Assembly: GCA_963708025.1 (NCBI GenBank)
Contig: CAVPSB010000049.1
Span: 96,001 to 160,000, forward strand
Origin: an uncultured Candidatus Rokubacteria bacterium
GTDB taxonomy: Bacteria; Methylomirabilota; Methylomirabilia; Rokubacteriales; DASRDR01
Length of the DNA: 64,000 nt
Direction of reading: 5' to 3'
The stretch's first letter is position 1; every line of letters starts with the position of its first letter. The notes beneath the pieces were generated by a model. The model did no database searches and had not been told where the DNA came from. It saw nothing but the letters and a program-made list of their open reading frames with translations. Of the stretch, positions 39,784-49,128 are shown piece after piece. The translations under genes and the position numbers were made by a program.

Positions 39784-40740
39784 GTGAGCCGACCGCGCGA
39801 GCTCGACGCGCCGGCCATCGGCCTGGTCCTCTTGCTCTCGGCGCTCTGGGGCGGCAACACGGTCGCGATCAAGGTCGGTCTCCTCGACGCCCCCCCGCTC
39901 GCGCTCGGCTGGATGCGCTTCGTTTTGGGCGGGATCTGTGTCCTCGCCTGGGGCTGGTGGATCCGGGCGCCGTTCCGGCCGCGACCCGACGAGCTGCCGC
40001 CGCTCCTCGGCCTCGGACTCCTGTTCGCGATCCAGCTCGGGCTCCTCAACGTGGGCACCTGGCTCTCCACCGCCGGCCACGCCGCCGTGCTGCTCAACGC
40101 CTACCCGGTCCACGTCGTGGTGATCGCACACTTCCTGGTACCGGGCGACCGGCTCACCGCGGCCAAGCTGGGCGGCGTCCTCCTGGGTTACGGCGGGATC
40201 CTTCTCCTCTTCTGGGACCAGCTCGCCACGCTGCGCGTCACGGACCCCCGTGTCCTGGCCGGCGACCTCACGCTCTCCGTGAGCGCGCTGCTCCTCGGGC
40301 TCCGCCAGGTGATCCTGAGCCGCCAGCTCCAGTCCATCCACCCCGCCAAGCCCCTCCTCGCCCAGGTCGTCATCGGGACGCCGCTCTGTGTGCTCCTCTC
40401 GCTCTGGTTCGAGCCGCAGACCTTCCACTACACGGCGCGGCTCGCCGGATCCCTCTTCTACCAGGGCATCCTCGTGGCCGGCTTCAACTTCATCGCGCTG
40501 ATGTGGGTGCTCAAGGTCTACCGGCCGAGCGCGGTGGCCGCCTTCTCGCTGACGACGCCGCTCTTCGGCGTGGCGGCGACCGCCTTCTGGCTGGCCGAGC
40601 CGATCACGTGGACGCTCGCCGCCTCGGCGGTCCTGGTCGCCGGCGGGATCGCGCTGGCCAGCCTTCGCCCCGAGCCGGGCCCGGCGCCGGCCGCGGTCGC
40701 GGTCACCCCCGAGCCGGGGCGGCCCCGGACATCGCCGTGA
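39784..40740 (+). CDS. DMT/EamA-family transporter
   Basis: About ten TM helices with LWGGN, RF and EPIT motifs. Confidence 0.88.
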   Translation: MSRPRELDAPAIGLVLLLSALWGGNTVAIKVGLLDAPPLALGWMRFVLGGICVLAWGWWIRAPFRPRPDELPPLLGLGLLFAIQLGLLNVGTWLSTAGHAAVLLNAYPVHVVVIAHFLVPGDRLTAAKLGGVLLGYGGILLLFWDQLATLRVTDPRVLAGDLTLSVSALLLGLRQVILSRQLQSIHPAKPLLAQVVIGTPLCVLLSLWFEPQTFHYTARLAGSLFYQGILVAGFNFIALMWVLKVYRPSAVAAFSLTTPLFGVAATAFWLAEPITWTLAASAVLVAGGIALASLRPEPGPAPAAVAVTPEPGRPRTSP

Positions 40741-41990
40741 GGCGGCGCCGTCTGGCTCTCGCGGCTGGTCTCGCCCTCCTGCTGGCCGGCGCCGCCCTCA
40801 GCGCCGCGCAGCCCTTGGGCGTCCGCGAGCTGGCCGCCGAGGCGCCGGCGATCCTCCGGGACCTGGCCCGGCTCCGCGGTCTTCCCTCCGCCGGGCCGCC
40901 CCCGCGGGTCGTGATCCGCACGCGCGACGAGCGCCGACGGTTCATCCTGGGCGAGATGCGACGGAAGTACGCGGCGCCGCGGCTGGACGCCGAGCGGCGC
41001 GCGATGGTCGCCTGGGGCCTGATCCCGCCCGACTTCGATCTCGGCGGCTTCCTCACCGATCTCGTCCTCGAGCAGGCGGCCGCCTACTACGATCCGGTCG
41101 GCAAGGTGATGGTCCTGGCGAACTGGCTCCCCCGCGACGAGCAGCGAGGCGCCCTGACCCACGAGCTGGTGCACCTCCTTCAGGACCGGCAGATCGGCCT
41201 CGACCGCTTCCTGACCGCGGGGCCGGGCAAAGGGGACCAGGCGCTCGCCCGGCAGGCCCTCGTCGAGGGCGAGGCGGTCGCCCTCACCTTCGATCGCACG
41301 CTGCGGCGTCAGGGCGGCGACCTCGGCCAGCTCCCCGACGTCCTGGCCATGCAGCGCGCGATCCTCACCTCGGCCACCGGACCGGTCTTCGGCCGGGCGC
41401 CGCGGTTCCTCAAGCACCTGCTGACCTTCCCCTACGCCTACGGCCTCGGCTTCGTCCATCAGTTCCGCCGGCGTCACGGCTGGGCCGAGCTGTCGCGGCT
41501 CTACACCGATCCCCCGCGCTCCACGACCCAGATCCTGCATCCGGAGCGCTACCTCGACCGCCGGGAGGATCCCGTCGCAGTGGCGCTGCCGGACCTCGGC
41601 CCAGCGCTCGGCGGCGCCCGGCGCATCTTCGAGGACGAGGCGGGCGAGTTCGGGCTCCAGGGAATCCTCGCCGAGTTCCTTGGCGACGCGGCCTCGGCGG
41701 CCGGCTGGCGAGGCGACCGCTACGGCCTCTGGGAGGACGCGGGGGGCACGACGGTGCTGGTCGGCCTCTCCGCCTGGGAGAGCGACGCCGCCGCGGCCGC
41801 CTTCACCGACGCCTACGCGCGGCTCCTCGCGCGAAAGCACGGGCTCCCGACCGCGACGGACCCGCCCTGGCAGGCCGGCGGTCAGGCCTTCGGAGTGGAG
41901 CGGCGCGGGAGCGAGGTGCTGCTCTTCGAGCGCGTGCCGGCGGCGAAGCTCGACGCCGTCCGGCAAGCCGCCTGGCCGACCCGCCCCTGA
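40737..41990 (+). CDS. Secreted putative zinc metallopeptidase-like protein
   Basis: Signal peptide; AYYDP, THELVHLLQD (HExxH), ALVEGEA, FPY and PPRSTTQILHPERY. Confidence 0.72.
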   Translation: MRRRRLALAAGLALLLAGAALSAAQPLGVRELAAEAPAILRDLARLRGLPSAGPPPRVVIRTRDERRRFILGEMRRKYAAPRLDAERRAMVAWGLIPPDFDLGGFLTDLVLEQAAAYYDPVGKVMVLANWLPRDEQRGALTHELVHLLQDRQIGLDRFLTAGPGKGDQALARQALVEGEAVALTFDRTLRRQGGDLGQLPDVLAMQRAILTSATGPVFGRAPRFLKHLLTFPYAYGLGFVHQFRRRHGWAELSRLYTDPPRSTTQILHPERYLDRREDPVAVALPDLGPALGGARRIFEDEAGEFGLQGILAEFLGDAASAAGWRGDRYGLWEDAGGTTVLVGLSAWESDAAAAAFTDAYARLLARKHGLPTATDPPWQAGGQAFGVERRGSEVLLFERVPAAKLDAVRQAAWPTRP

Positions 41991-42146
41991 CGGACGACCC
42001 TTTGTAACGCACGACCAGCTGACCCGCGGCCCAGAGGACGCCGTGAGCGCACGGAAGCGAGGCAACCGTGACCGACGGCGCCAAGCTGGAGTGCCTGGGA
42101 TGCAGCTGCCGACACCGGGCCCGCACGCCCGTGTATGATGAGCGCG

Positions 42147-42569
42147 ATGATTCGTGGAAACCCGCTGCCACCGGACATCTCTCGACGTCTGAGCACGCTT
42201 GGTGAGGCTCTCGCGGGCTGCCCGGTCGTCGTCTTCGCGTATCTCTTCGGCGGCGCGGCGGCTGGGCGCGTGACGCCTCTCAGCGACGTCAACGTGGCGG
42301 TGTACCTGGACCCGGCCGCGGATCTGGTCGCGGCGCGGTTGCAGGCGATCGACGCGGTGACCCGTCATCTCGCCACCGATGCCGTGGATCTGGTCGTCCT
42401 CAACTCCGCGCCCACCGCCCTGGTGGGACGTGTCCTGACGAGCCGGCAGGTGATCCTCGACCGCGATCCCTTCCTCCGCCACCGGTTCGAGTCTCTCGCG
42501 CTGCGAGAGTTCGCCGACTTTCGAGTCTTCGAGCACAGGCTCCTCGAGAGGCGGGGCCGGCGTGGTTGA
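42147..42569 (+). CDS. mntA: Minimal nucleotidyltransferase antitoxin (type VII TA), degenerate catalytic motif
   Basis: FAYLFGG...SDVNVAV and VDLVVLNSAP; directly upstream of a HEPN gene. Confidence 0.82.
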   Translation: MIRGNPLPPDISRRLSTLGEALAGCPVVVFAYLFGGAAAGRVTPLSDVNVAVYLDPAADLVAARLQAIDAVTRHLATDAVDLVVLNSAPTALVGRVLTSRQVILDRDPFLRHRFESLALREFADFRVFEHRLLERRGRRG

Positions 42570-42975
42570 CCGGGACCTGCTCCTGCGCAAGCTGGCCGAC
42601 CTCGATCTCTACCTGAGTCAGGTCGCTGAGTACCGGGGGATCAGCCTCCAGGACTACCGCGGCGACTGGAAGACCCAGCGGATCGTCGAGCGGACGCTTC
42701 AGATGGCGATCGAGGTGTGTGCCGACGTCGCGAACCACGTCATCGCGGACCGCGGTCTACGAGTCCCGGCCACCTACTCGGAGGCCTTCGACGTCCTCGC
42801 CGAGGCGGGAATGCTCCCCGGGCCCGAGCGAGACACGATGGTGCGGATCGTCGGGTTCCGGAACGTGATCGTCCACGAGTACGCCCGCATCGACGCCGAG
42901 ATCGTCGTCCGGATCCTGCGTCAGCACATCGACGACCTGGCCCGCTTCGGCGCCACGGCGCGCGCCTGGGTCTAG
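42562..42975 (+). CDS. hepT: HEPN/DUF86 RNase toxin
   Basis: VERTLQ..IE and GFRNVIVHEY (Rx4HxY). Confidence 0.9.
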   Translation: MVDRDLLLRKLADLDLYLSQVAEYRGISLQDYRGDWKTQRIVERTLQMAIEVCADVANHVIADRGLRVPATYSEAFDVLAEAGMLPGPERDTMVRIVGFRNVIVHEYARIDAEIVVRILRQHIDDLARFGATARAWV

Positions 42976-43021
42976 GGGGCGCGCCGGGCGATCCGGGCGA
43001 GCCCGGCTGCATCGGCTCGGC

Positions 43022-43909
43022 CTACCGAACGCCGGCCAGGCTGAGGAGGATCATCCCCGCCAGCATCACGCCGGCGCCCAGCGAGATCTCGCGGACGCGC
43101 TGGCGCTCGCCGAAGACGAGGGCGCCGATCGCCAGCGCGAAGAGGATCTCCACCTGCTTCACCGCCTCGACGTAGCTCGAGAGCGTCAGCGTGTAGGCGA
43201 TGGTCTGGCAGACCGTCGTGAGCGCCGCGAAGAGCCCCAGGCCGACGAAGGCCTTCCAGTTGGCCGGGATCTGCCGGAAGTGTCGGCCCGAGGTGTGGAG
43301 GACGAGCGGGGTGACCACGAGGCTGGCCGCCAGGTAGCAGCCGAGGCTTCCGGTGTAGGGGTCCGACAGGAGCGCGGCCTGCTTGATGGTCAGGACGGAG
43401 GGGGCGTAGAAGACGGCGGCCACCAGCGTCCAGCGCTGGCCGGGGTCGGCCACCAGGGCGATCAGGGGCGCCAGCGGGGACAGGCGCGCGCGCCGGACGT
43501 TGAGCAGGTAGACGCCGGCCGTGCTGAGGAGGACCCCGGCGAGGCCGAGGAGGCTCGGCCGCTCGCGGAGGGTGAAGTAGCCCATCACCAGGAGCACGAT
43601 GAGGCTCACCTTCCAGAGCGCGGTGACGATGGAGATGTCGCCGAGCTTGAGGGCTTTCGACAGGGCGAGCGTCGCGATCGCCTGGCAGACGCCGAAGGCC
43701 AGGCAGGCCACGACGAAGCCGGGCTGGGGGTGGGGCCAGCCCCGGACGCGCCAGACGAACCACCAGGCCATGGCCAGCGTGAACGGGAGCAGGAACGTGA
43801 AGCGGCCCCAGACGTTGATGTACTCGTCGAGCCGGTGGCCGAGCTGCTTCATGGTCATGTTCCGGAGCACCTGAAAGAAGGCGGAGGCCAGGGCCAGAGC
43901 GAACCACAT
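43022..43909 (-). CDS. EamA/DMT-family transporter
   Basis: About ten TM helices, duplicated halves with LRE/FGE motifs. Confidence 0.85.
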   Translation of the reverse strand: MWFALALASAFFQVLRNMTMKQLGHRLDEYINVWGRFTFLLPFTLAMAWWFVWRVRGWPHPQPGFVVACLAFGVCQAIATLALSKALKLGDISIVTALWKVSLIVLLVMGYFTLRERPSLLGLAGVLLSTAGVYLLNVRRARLSPLAPLIALVADPGQRWTLVAAVFYAPSVLTIKQAALLSDPYTGSLGCYLAASLVVTPLVLHTSGRHFRQIPANWKAFVGLGLFAALTTVCQTIAYTLTLSSYVEAVKQVEILFALAIGALVFGERQRVREISLGAGVMLAGMILLSLAGVR

Positions 43910-43963
43910 GCGGCGGATTCTAGCACCCGCGCGCGATTCCGACCGGCGGGCGCCTGGAGAAGG

Positions 43964-45040
43964 TTACGCGCCGGCCAGGCGGCGGGCTCGGGCCGTCCAG
44001 ATGCGACCGTCGAGCCAGTAGTGGCAGAGGAGGCCGCCCACCAGGAAGGGGGTCAGCCACGGAAGCTCCGAGAGCTTGCACGCCGCCCAGCCGGCGAGCC
44101 CGAGGGTCGGCCAGATCGCGAAGGAGGCGAGCAGGCGAAGCTCGGCGCCGAGGCCCCCGAGCCGGGCGCCGGCGGAGCGCCGGGCCATGGCGTAGGTGAA
44201 GTAGAGGTACTGGACCTCGTGGTGGAGGACCAGCACCAGGATGAACGACACGGTCCCGGCCCCCAGCACGTAGGCGCTCCCGAAGGCGACGGCGTTCGCC
44301 ACCACGAGCCACCGCTCGCCCGGATGCACCCGCCCGCGGCGTCCCGCCGTGCACGCCAGGTAGGCGGTGACGCTCACCACGGCCAGGCTGCCGAGCGCCC
44401 AGAGGACCCCGGGCTCGAGCGACAGGCCGAGATACTCCTCGCCCTCGTGGAGCGGTGAGGTGCTGGTGAAGAAGGCCACGGCGGCGGCCATCGGCAGGTA
44501 GATGGCGGCGCGGAAGAGCGACCGGTGCCAGGACGACACCGGGCCGCCGACGCGCGCCTGGTAGTAGCGCGCGATCCCCAGGTTCTGACGCCCGCGGTGC
44601 CAGGCGGCCAGGTACACGATCGCGGTCGTGACCAGGATCGGGTAGCCGCCGAGCATCAGAGCGTACGTGGCGGCCATGATGCCGACCGGGACCCCCACCA
44701 CGTCGAGGGGCATGCGCCGCCACAGCCGGCCTCGGGCGACGGCATCGTAAGTGGCACCGAGGTGGAGCTCGGACAGCAGCAGGTCGGCCGCATCCAGCTC
44801 CCGAGCGCCGTGCCAGTGGAGCACCAGGGCCAGGCCCGCCAGGAGCACGCCCCCGCCGCCGCAGGCCAGCCAGAAGTCGCCGGTCCTGGACAGGAGCCAC
44901 TCCCCCGGCGCCGGGCGGCGGTCGCGCCACCCCGAGACGGCCGGGAGGGCAACCGCGCCGCCCGGCCGCGCCAGGGCCATCACGTCCCGGTCGGCACCGC
45001 CGGGGATCGGCCAGCGAGGCTCGGAGCCCGGGTAGAGCAT
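43964..45040 (-). CDS. Multi-TM membrane protein with several membrane histidines
   Basis: HLGATY, WHRGRQNLG, HHEVQY and HYWLDGRIW in a hydrophobic protein. Confidence 0.72.
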   Translation of the reverse strand: MLYPGSEPRWPIPGGADRDVMALARPGGAVALPAVSGWRDRRPAPGEWLLSRTGDFWLACGGGGVLLAGLALVLHWHGARELDAADLLLSELHLGATYDAVARGRLWRRMPLDVVGVPVGIMAATYALMLGGYPILVTTAIVYLAAWHRGRQNLGIARYYQARVGGPVSSWHRSLFRAAIYLPMAAAVAFFTSTSPLHEGEEYLGLSLEPGVLWALGSLAVVSVTAYLACTAGRRGRVHPGERWLVVANAVAFGSAYVLGAGTVSFILVLVLHHEVQYLYFTYAMARRSAGARLGGLGAELRLLASFAIWPTLGLAGWAACKLSELPWLTPFLVGGLLCHYWLDGRIWTARARRLAGA

Positions 45041-45055
45041 CTCCGGTCTCTCCGG

Positions 45056-45445
45056 CTACCGAGCGGGCAACGCGCCTTCGGGCCCGAGGCGCCGGCCGGC
45101 GGCCGGCATACTCTCCAGGACATCGCGGGCCGTCCAGGTGCCGAACACGCTCAAGAGCACGGAGACCAGTCCCGTCCACCCCGTCTGGTGGCTGGCTCCC
45201 ACGCCGGCCCCGTTGTCACCGTGGAAGTACTCGTAGAACAGGAGGCAGTCCCGCCAGTGGGGATCGGCCTGGAACCGGGTCGTCCCCCCGTAGACGGGCC
45301 AGGCGGTGCCATGCGGGCTGTAGTCCTCGCGAACCGTCCCCCACTGGCGCTCGCTGAGATACGGCCCCCAGCGGCGCCACGCGACACCCTGCTCGCGGGC
45401 CTCACGGAGCCGAGCGTGCTCCACCGTCTCTCCGTTCGTCGACAC
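45056..45445 (-). pseudogene. Internally deleted MGH1/GH63-like glycoside hydrolase (N- and C-termini fused in frame)
   Basis: [21 protein letters not shown] joined directly to PVYGG...[25 protein letters not shown]. Confidence 0.85.
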
Positions 45446-45594
45446 TCCGGGCACCTCGCTTCGTCGGCCCCACCGGACGACCCCGACCCCGGGCACCATC
45501 GCCCGGCCGGCGCGTCCGCGAGATGGCCGGAGCGTAGCGTGCCCCGGGCGGGCTCCGCAAGAGGCGCCGGGGCCCGATGCTATACTGACCCGCG

Positions 45595-45957
45595 ATGCCG
45601 AGCGCACCGTCCGGGAAGCTCGAGCGGGTGCCGAACCGACACCCCGACCGCGACTACGAGGTGGACCTGGCGGTCCCCGAGTTCACCTGCGTGTGCCCGC
45701 TGACCGGCCAGCCCGACTTCGCCACGTTCCGCATCCGCTACGTCCCCGACCAGTGGCTCGTCGAGCTCAAGTCGCTCAAGCTCTACATGTGGGCGTACCG
45801 GAACGAGGGCGCCTTCCACGAGGACGTGACCAACCGGGTCCTGAACGACCTGGTCGAGACCGTCGCGCCCCGCCGGATGGAGGTCGTCGGCGACTGGAGC
45901 GTGCGGGGCGGCATCAAGACGGTCGTGACCGCCCGCCACGAGAAGCCGCCGGCCTGA
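45595..45957 (+). CDS. queF: NADPH-dependent 7-cyano-7-deazaguanine reductase (preQ1 synthase)
   Basis: [26 protein letters not shown] and RGGI. Confidence 0.96.
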   Translation: MPSAPSGKLERVPNRHPDRDYEVDLAVPEFTCVCPLTGQPDFATFRIRYVPDQWLVELKSLKLYMWAYRNEGAFHEDVTNRVLNDLVETVAPRRMEVVGDWSVRGGIKTVVTARHEKPPA

Positions 45958-45966
45958 CGCCGCGCC

Positions 45967-47259
45967 CTACGCGGCAGGCGGGAGGACGCCGGGGAAGGCT
46001 TCGGGGCGGAGGCGGTAGCCGGGGAAGAGGGCCGCCGTCCACGGGATGCCGAGGTGGCGGACGGCGACCTCGGCGAACAGGTCGCGGAAGTCCGTGGTGA
46101 GGGCGAGGTCGCGCCCCTCGAAGAGCTGCTCGGGCGCCAGCCCGGGCCAGCGCCCGTAGACCTTCCCGCCCCGCACGCGCCCGCCGAGGACGAGCATCAC
46201 GCTCGCGTGGCCGTGGTCGGTGCCGGCGTTCCCGTTCTCCCGCACCGTGCGGCCGAACTCGGTCATGGTCAGGACCACGACCTCGGCCCGCCGCTCGCCG
46301 AGGTCCTGCCAGAGCGCGGCGAGCCCCTGGGCCAGCTCGTCGAGCCGATTCGCGAGCAGCCCCCGGGCCCCGCCCTCGGCGACGTGGTGGTCCCAGCCGC
46401 CGATCTCGAGGAACGCCACCTCGAGGCCGACGTCGGCCTTGACGAGCTGGGCCGTCTGGCGAAGCGCGTCGCCGAAGCGACCCTTCGGGTAGACCGCGCC
46501 GTGCTCGGGCGGCCGCGCAGTGGGCCGGGCCGCTCGCAGCCGCTTGACGGCGTCGAAGGTCGCCTGCCCCGTCCCGCCCAGGAAGTCCTGCACCGCCTGG
46601 CGGTAGAGGGACTCGAACCCCTGCCGGACGTCGGGGGGCGAGCCGCGGAGATCGAAGGCCTCGAGCGCGGGCAGCGCCAGGGCGGTCGCCGGGCCCTGGA
46701 GCGATCGCGGCAGGATCGGCGCCAGCGCGACGCCGCGGAACACGGAGCTCTCCGCGGGGACGGGCCCGTGCTGGAGGCAGCGGTTCAACCAGCCGTCGGC
46801 CGTGGACTTGACCCCGGGCGTTCCGGCCTCCATGAAGTCCTGCGCGTCGAAGTGCGAGCGGGTCGTGTCGGGCGAGCCGACCGCGTGGACGCACGCCAGC
46901 TCCTTCCGGTCCCAGAGAGGACGCACCGGCGCCAGGCTCGGGTGGAGCCCGAAGAAGCCGTCGAGGTCGAGGGCCCGGTCCCCGGCGGCCCCCGCCGGCT
47001 CCGGGATCCCGATCCGCGGGCGGGCCCGGGCGTAGTCGGGGTCGCCGTGCGGGATCACGATGTTCAGCCCGTCGGCGGCGCCGCGCTGGAAGATCGCGAC
47101 GAGGACCCGCCGCTGGCGCTCGGGCGGCGCCGCCGCCGCCGTCCGCAGGAGGAAGCGGGGCGGGAGCCCACCAAGCCCGCCAGTCCCGCCAAGCCCGCCA
47201 AGCCCGAAAGTCACGAGCGCCACCGCTCCCTGCTTGGCGAACTCGCGCCGGGTCAGCAT
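45967..47259 (-). CDS. DUF1501-family protein with Tat signal
   Basis: TRREF leader; RGAADGL, RSHFDAQ, GWDHH, EFGRT and GTDHG. Confidence 0.9.
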   Translation of the reverse strand: MLTRREFAKQGAVALVTFGLGGLGGTGGLGGLPPRFLLRTAAAAPPERQRRVLVAIFQRGAADGLNIVIPHGDPDYARARPRIGIPEPAGAAGDRALDLDGFFGLHPSLAPVRPLWDRKELACVHAVGSPDTTRSHFDAQDFMEAGTPGVKSTADGWLNRCLQHGPVPAESSVFRGVALAPILPRSLQGPATALALPALEAFDLRGSPPDVRQGFESLYRQAVQDFLGGTGQATFDAVKRLRAARPTARPPEHGAVYPKGRFGDALRQTAQLVKADVGLEVAFLEIGGWDHHVAEGGARGLLANRLDELAQGLAALWQDLGERRAEVVVLTMTEFGRTVRENGNAGTDHGHASVMLVLGGRVRGGKVYGRWPGLAPEQLFEGRDLALTTDFRDLFAEVAVRHLGIPWTAALFPGYRLRPEAFPGVLPPAA

Positions 47260-47261
47260 GG

Positions 47262-48887
47262 CTACCGCCGCTGGAACTCGGGAGAGCCCAGCACCAGCGC
47301 CGCGATCTTCGCCACGTCGGGCGCGGTCACCGGATCGTCGAGCGTGGCCCGCATGACCGCCGGCTGGGCCAGCGCCTCCTGGATCACGGCGCGGCTCTCG
47401 GCGGAGAGGTCGCCACCCAGCAGTCGCTCGATCAGCCGGTCGGCGATCCCCGCGGCGTCGCCGCCGCCCGCGAAGAGCGGCGCCAGGTTGACCGAGGTGC
47501 CGGGGAGCCGGTCGGCGGCCAGGGCCCGGGCGAAGTTCAGGCGCGCCAGGAGGCCGCCGGGGCTCGTCCAGACCTCGGCCCGATCCGCGTAGCCGGTCGG
47601 CGCCTGGGCCCCGTAGAGCGGCTGGCCCATGCCCGCCAGCGCGCGCTGGACGGGCGGGCCCCCGTCGGTCTCCGCGCCGACGGCGCGGAGCGCGCTCACC
47701 GCGAACTCGAGCGGGGTCTTGATCTTGGCCCGGTAGGCCGCCGCCGAGAAGAACTCGGGGGAGAGCACGATCGTCCGCACGACGGCCATGATGTCGCCGT
47801 CGCTCTCCCGGAAGACGGCGGCGGCGCGCTCGACGAGGGCCGGCGGCGGCTGGTCCGCCACGAACCGGCGGGCGAGCTTGGTGGCGATGAACCGGGCCGT
47901 CGACGGGTGGCGCGCCACCAGGTCCAGGACGCGCTCCCCCTCCTCGCGCCCGCCGCCCGCCGGGAAGGTCCGGCCCAGGATGGTCTTCGCCCCGCGATCG
48001 TGGGCCCGGGGGGCGAACACGAAACCGCCGCCCGACCGCGGGTGGCCGGGCCGGGGGTGGTCGATGGTCCACCCGGTGAAGGCTCGCGCCACCGCCACCA
48101 CGTCGGCCTCCGTGTACCCGCCATCCACGCCGAGCGTGTGGAGCTCCAGCAGCTCACGCGCGTAGTTCTCGTTGAGGCCGGCCCGCCGCTCCCCGAGCAT
48201 CAGGTCGGGCGCCGTCGAGAGCCACGCGTCCAGGTAGTAGAGCATGGCGGGATGGTGCGCCACCGCGCCGAGGAGGTCCCGGAACCGGCCGAGGGCGTGC
48301 GGGCGGATGGCCGCGCGCTCGTACTCCGGCAGGTAGTAGCGGACCGTCCCCTTCCCCGCGAACACGTTGAAGTGGTTGAACCAGAAGTCGGTCAGGACCT
48401 CGAGGAGCTGGCGCTCGCTGTAGACGGCGCGCAAGAGACGCGCCCGCCCCAGCTCGCCCAGCATCGCCTGGGGGCTCTGCTCCGGCCGCAGCTCCATGCC
48501 CTGGCGCTTGGTCTCCTGCGGCAGCGGATAGGCGTCCATGAGGGCCCGCGGGCTCATCGCCGGCACGCGGAGCGCGGCCACCCGCGCCTCGGCTGCCGGG
48601 TCGTCCAGCCCCGCCGGGTGGAGCTGGGCCTCGACCCACGCCGCGACCCCCACGCGACGCACCGCCTCGGCGTCCCCGGGCCGGGGGCCGTACCCGAGGC
48701 GGCCCAGCACGTGCACGATCTGCTGCGTCTCGGACAGCGGGGAGGCCGGCAGGGCGTCGGGCGGGCGAGCCGGCGCCGGCCCGGGGGCGGCCGGCGTGGA
48801 GACGCCGGGGGTCGGGCCCGGCGGGGCGGCGGTGCACCCCGAGAGGGCGACGAGCAGCGCGAGGGAAAGCCACGAGCGCGCGCGCAT
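47262..48887 (-). CDS. DUF1800-family lipoprotein
   Basis: LSGC lipobox; FWFNHF, NENYARELLELHTLG, FTGW and SPEFQRR. Confidence 0.9.
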   Translation of the reverse strand: MRARSWLSLALLVALSGCTAAPPGPTPGVSTPAAPGPAPARPPDALPASPLSETQQIVHVLGRLGYGPRPGDAEAVRRVGVAAWVEAQLHPAGLDDPAAEARVAALRVPAMSPRALMDAYPLPQETKRQGMELRPEQSPQAMLGELGRARLLRAVYSERQLLEVLTDFWFNHFNVFAGKGTVRYYLPEYERAAIRPHALGRFRDLLGAVAHHPAMLYYLDAWLSTAPDLMLGERRAGLNENYARELLELHTLGVDGGYTEADVVAVARAFTGWTIDHPRPGHPRSGGGFVFAPRAHDRGAKTILGRTFPAGGGREEGERVLDLVARHPSTARFIATKLARRFVADQPPPALVERAAAVFRESDGDIMAVVRTIVLSPEFFSAAAYRAKIKTPLEFAVSALRAVGAETDGGPPVQRALAGMGQPLYGAQAPTGYADRAEVWTSPGGLLARLNFARALAADRLPGTSVNLAPLFAGGGDAAGIADRLIERLLGGDLSAESRAVIQEALAQPAVMRATLDDPVTAPDVAKIAALVLGSPEFQRR

Positions 48888-49003
48888 CGCGTCCTTGGAC
48901 GCCCGCCGCCGGTCCAGCATTTCCCGGGGGCCCTGGCCGATCAGCAGGCCCCGGTCACGTCAGGGCCCGTGAGCAAATGCCGGTGGGTCCGATTCGCACC
49001 GCC

Positions 49004-49128
49004 GATCGGCTTCTCGCAACGCTCAGGCTCCGGCCACGCGGCCATGGCGTTCCGCTTCGCGCCGCGGCTTCGCCGCGGCCTCCGCGGGGGGGCATCGGGG
49101 GGGTCTTCCGAGACCCCTCCGAAGATCT
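49004..49128 (-). repeat. Repeat family B, long form, abutting the clpS stop codon
   Basis: High similarity to 17495-17629 and 55667-55777. Confidence 0.82.

Noticed and set aside
45450-45594. preQ1 riboswitch upstream of queF
   Set aside because: No preQ1 consensus or A-rich tail; a -10 box lies 8 nt before the ATG, leaving no leader.
47167-47207. 9-bp tandem repeat (GGL/GGT) in the DUF1501 leader
   Set aside because: Short in-frame slippage in a low-complexity signal region with no evidence of function.
45967-48887. DUF1800-DUF1501 pair as a novel system
   Set aside because: A widespread, frequently seen gene pair; its function is unknown but nothing here is specific to this locus.
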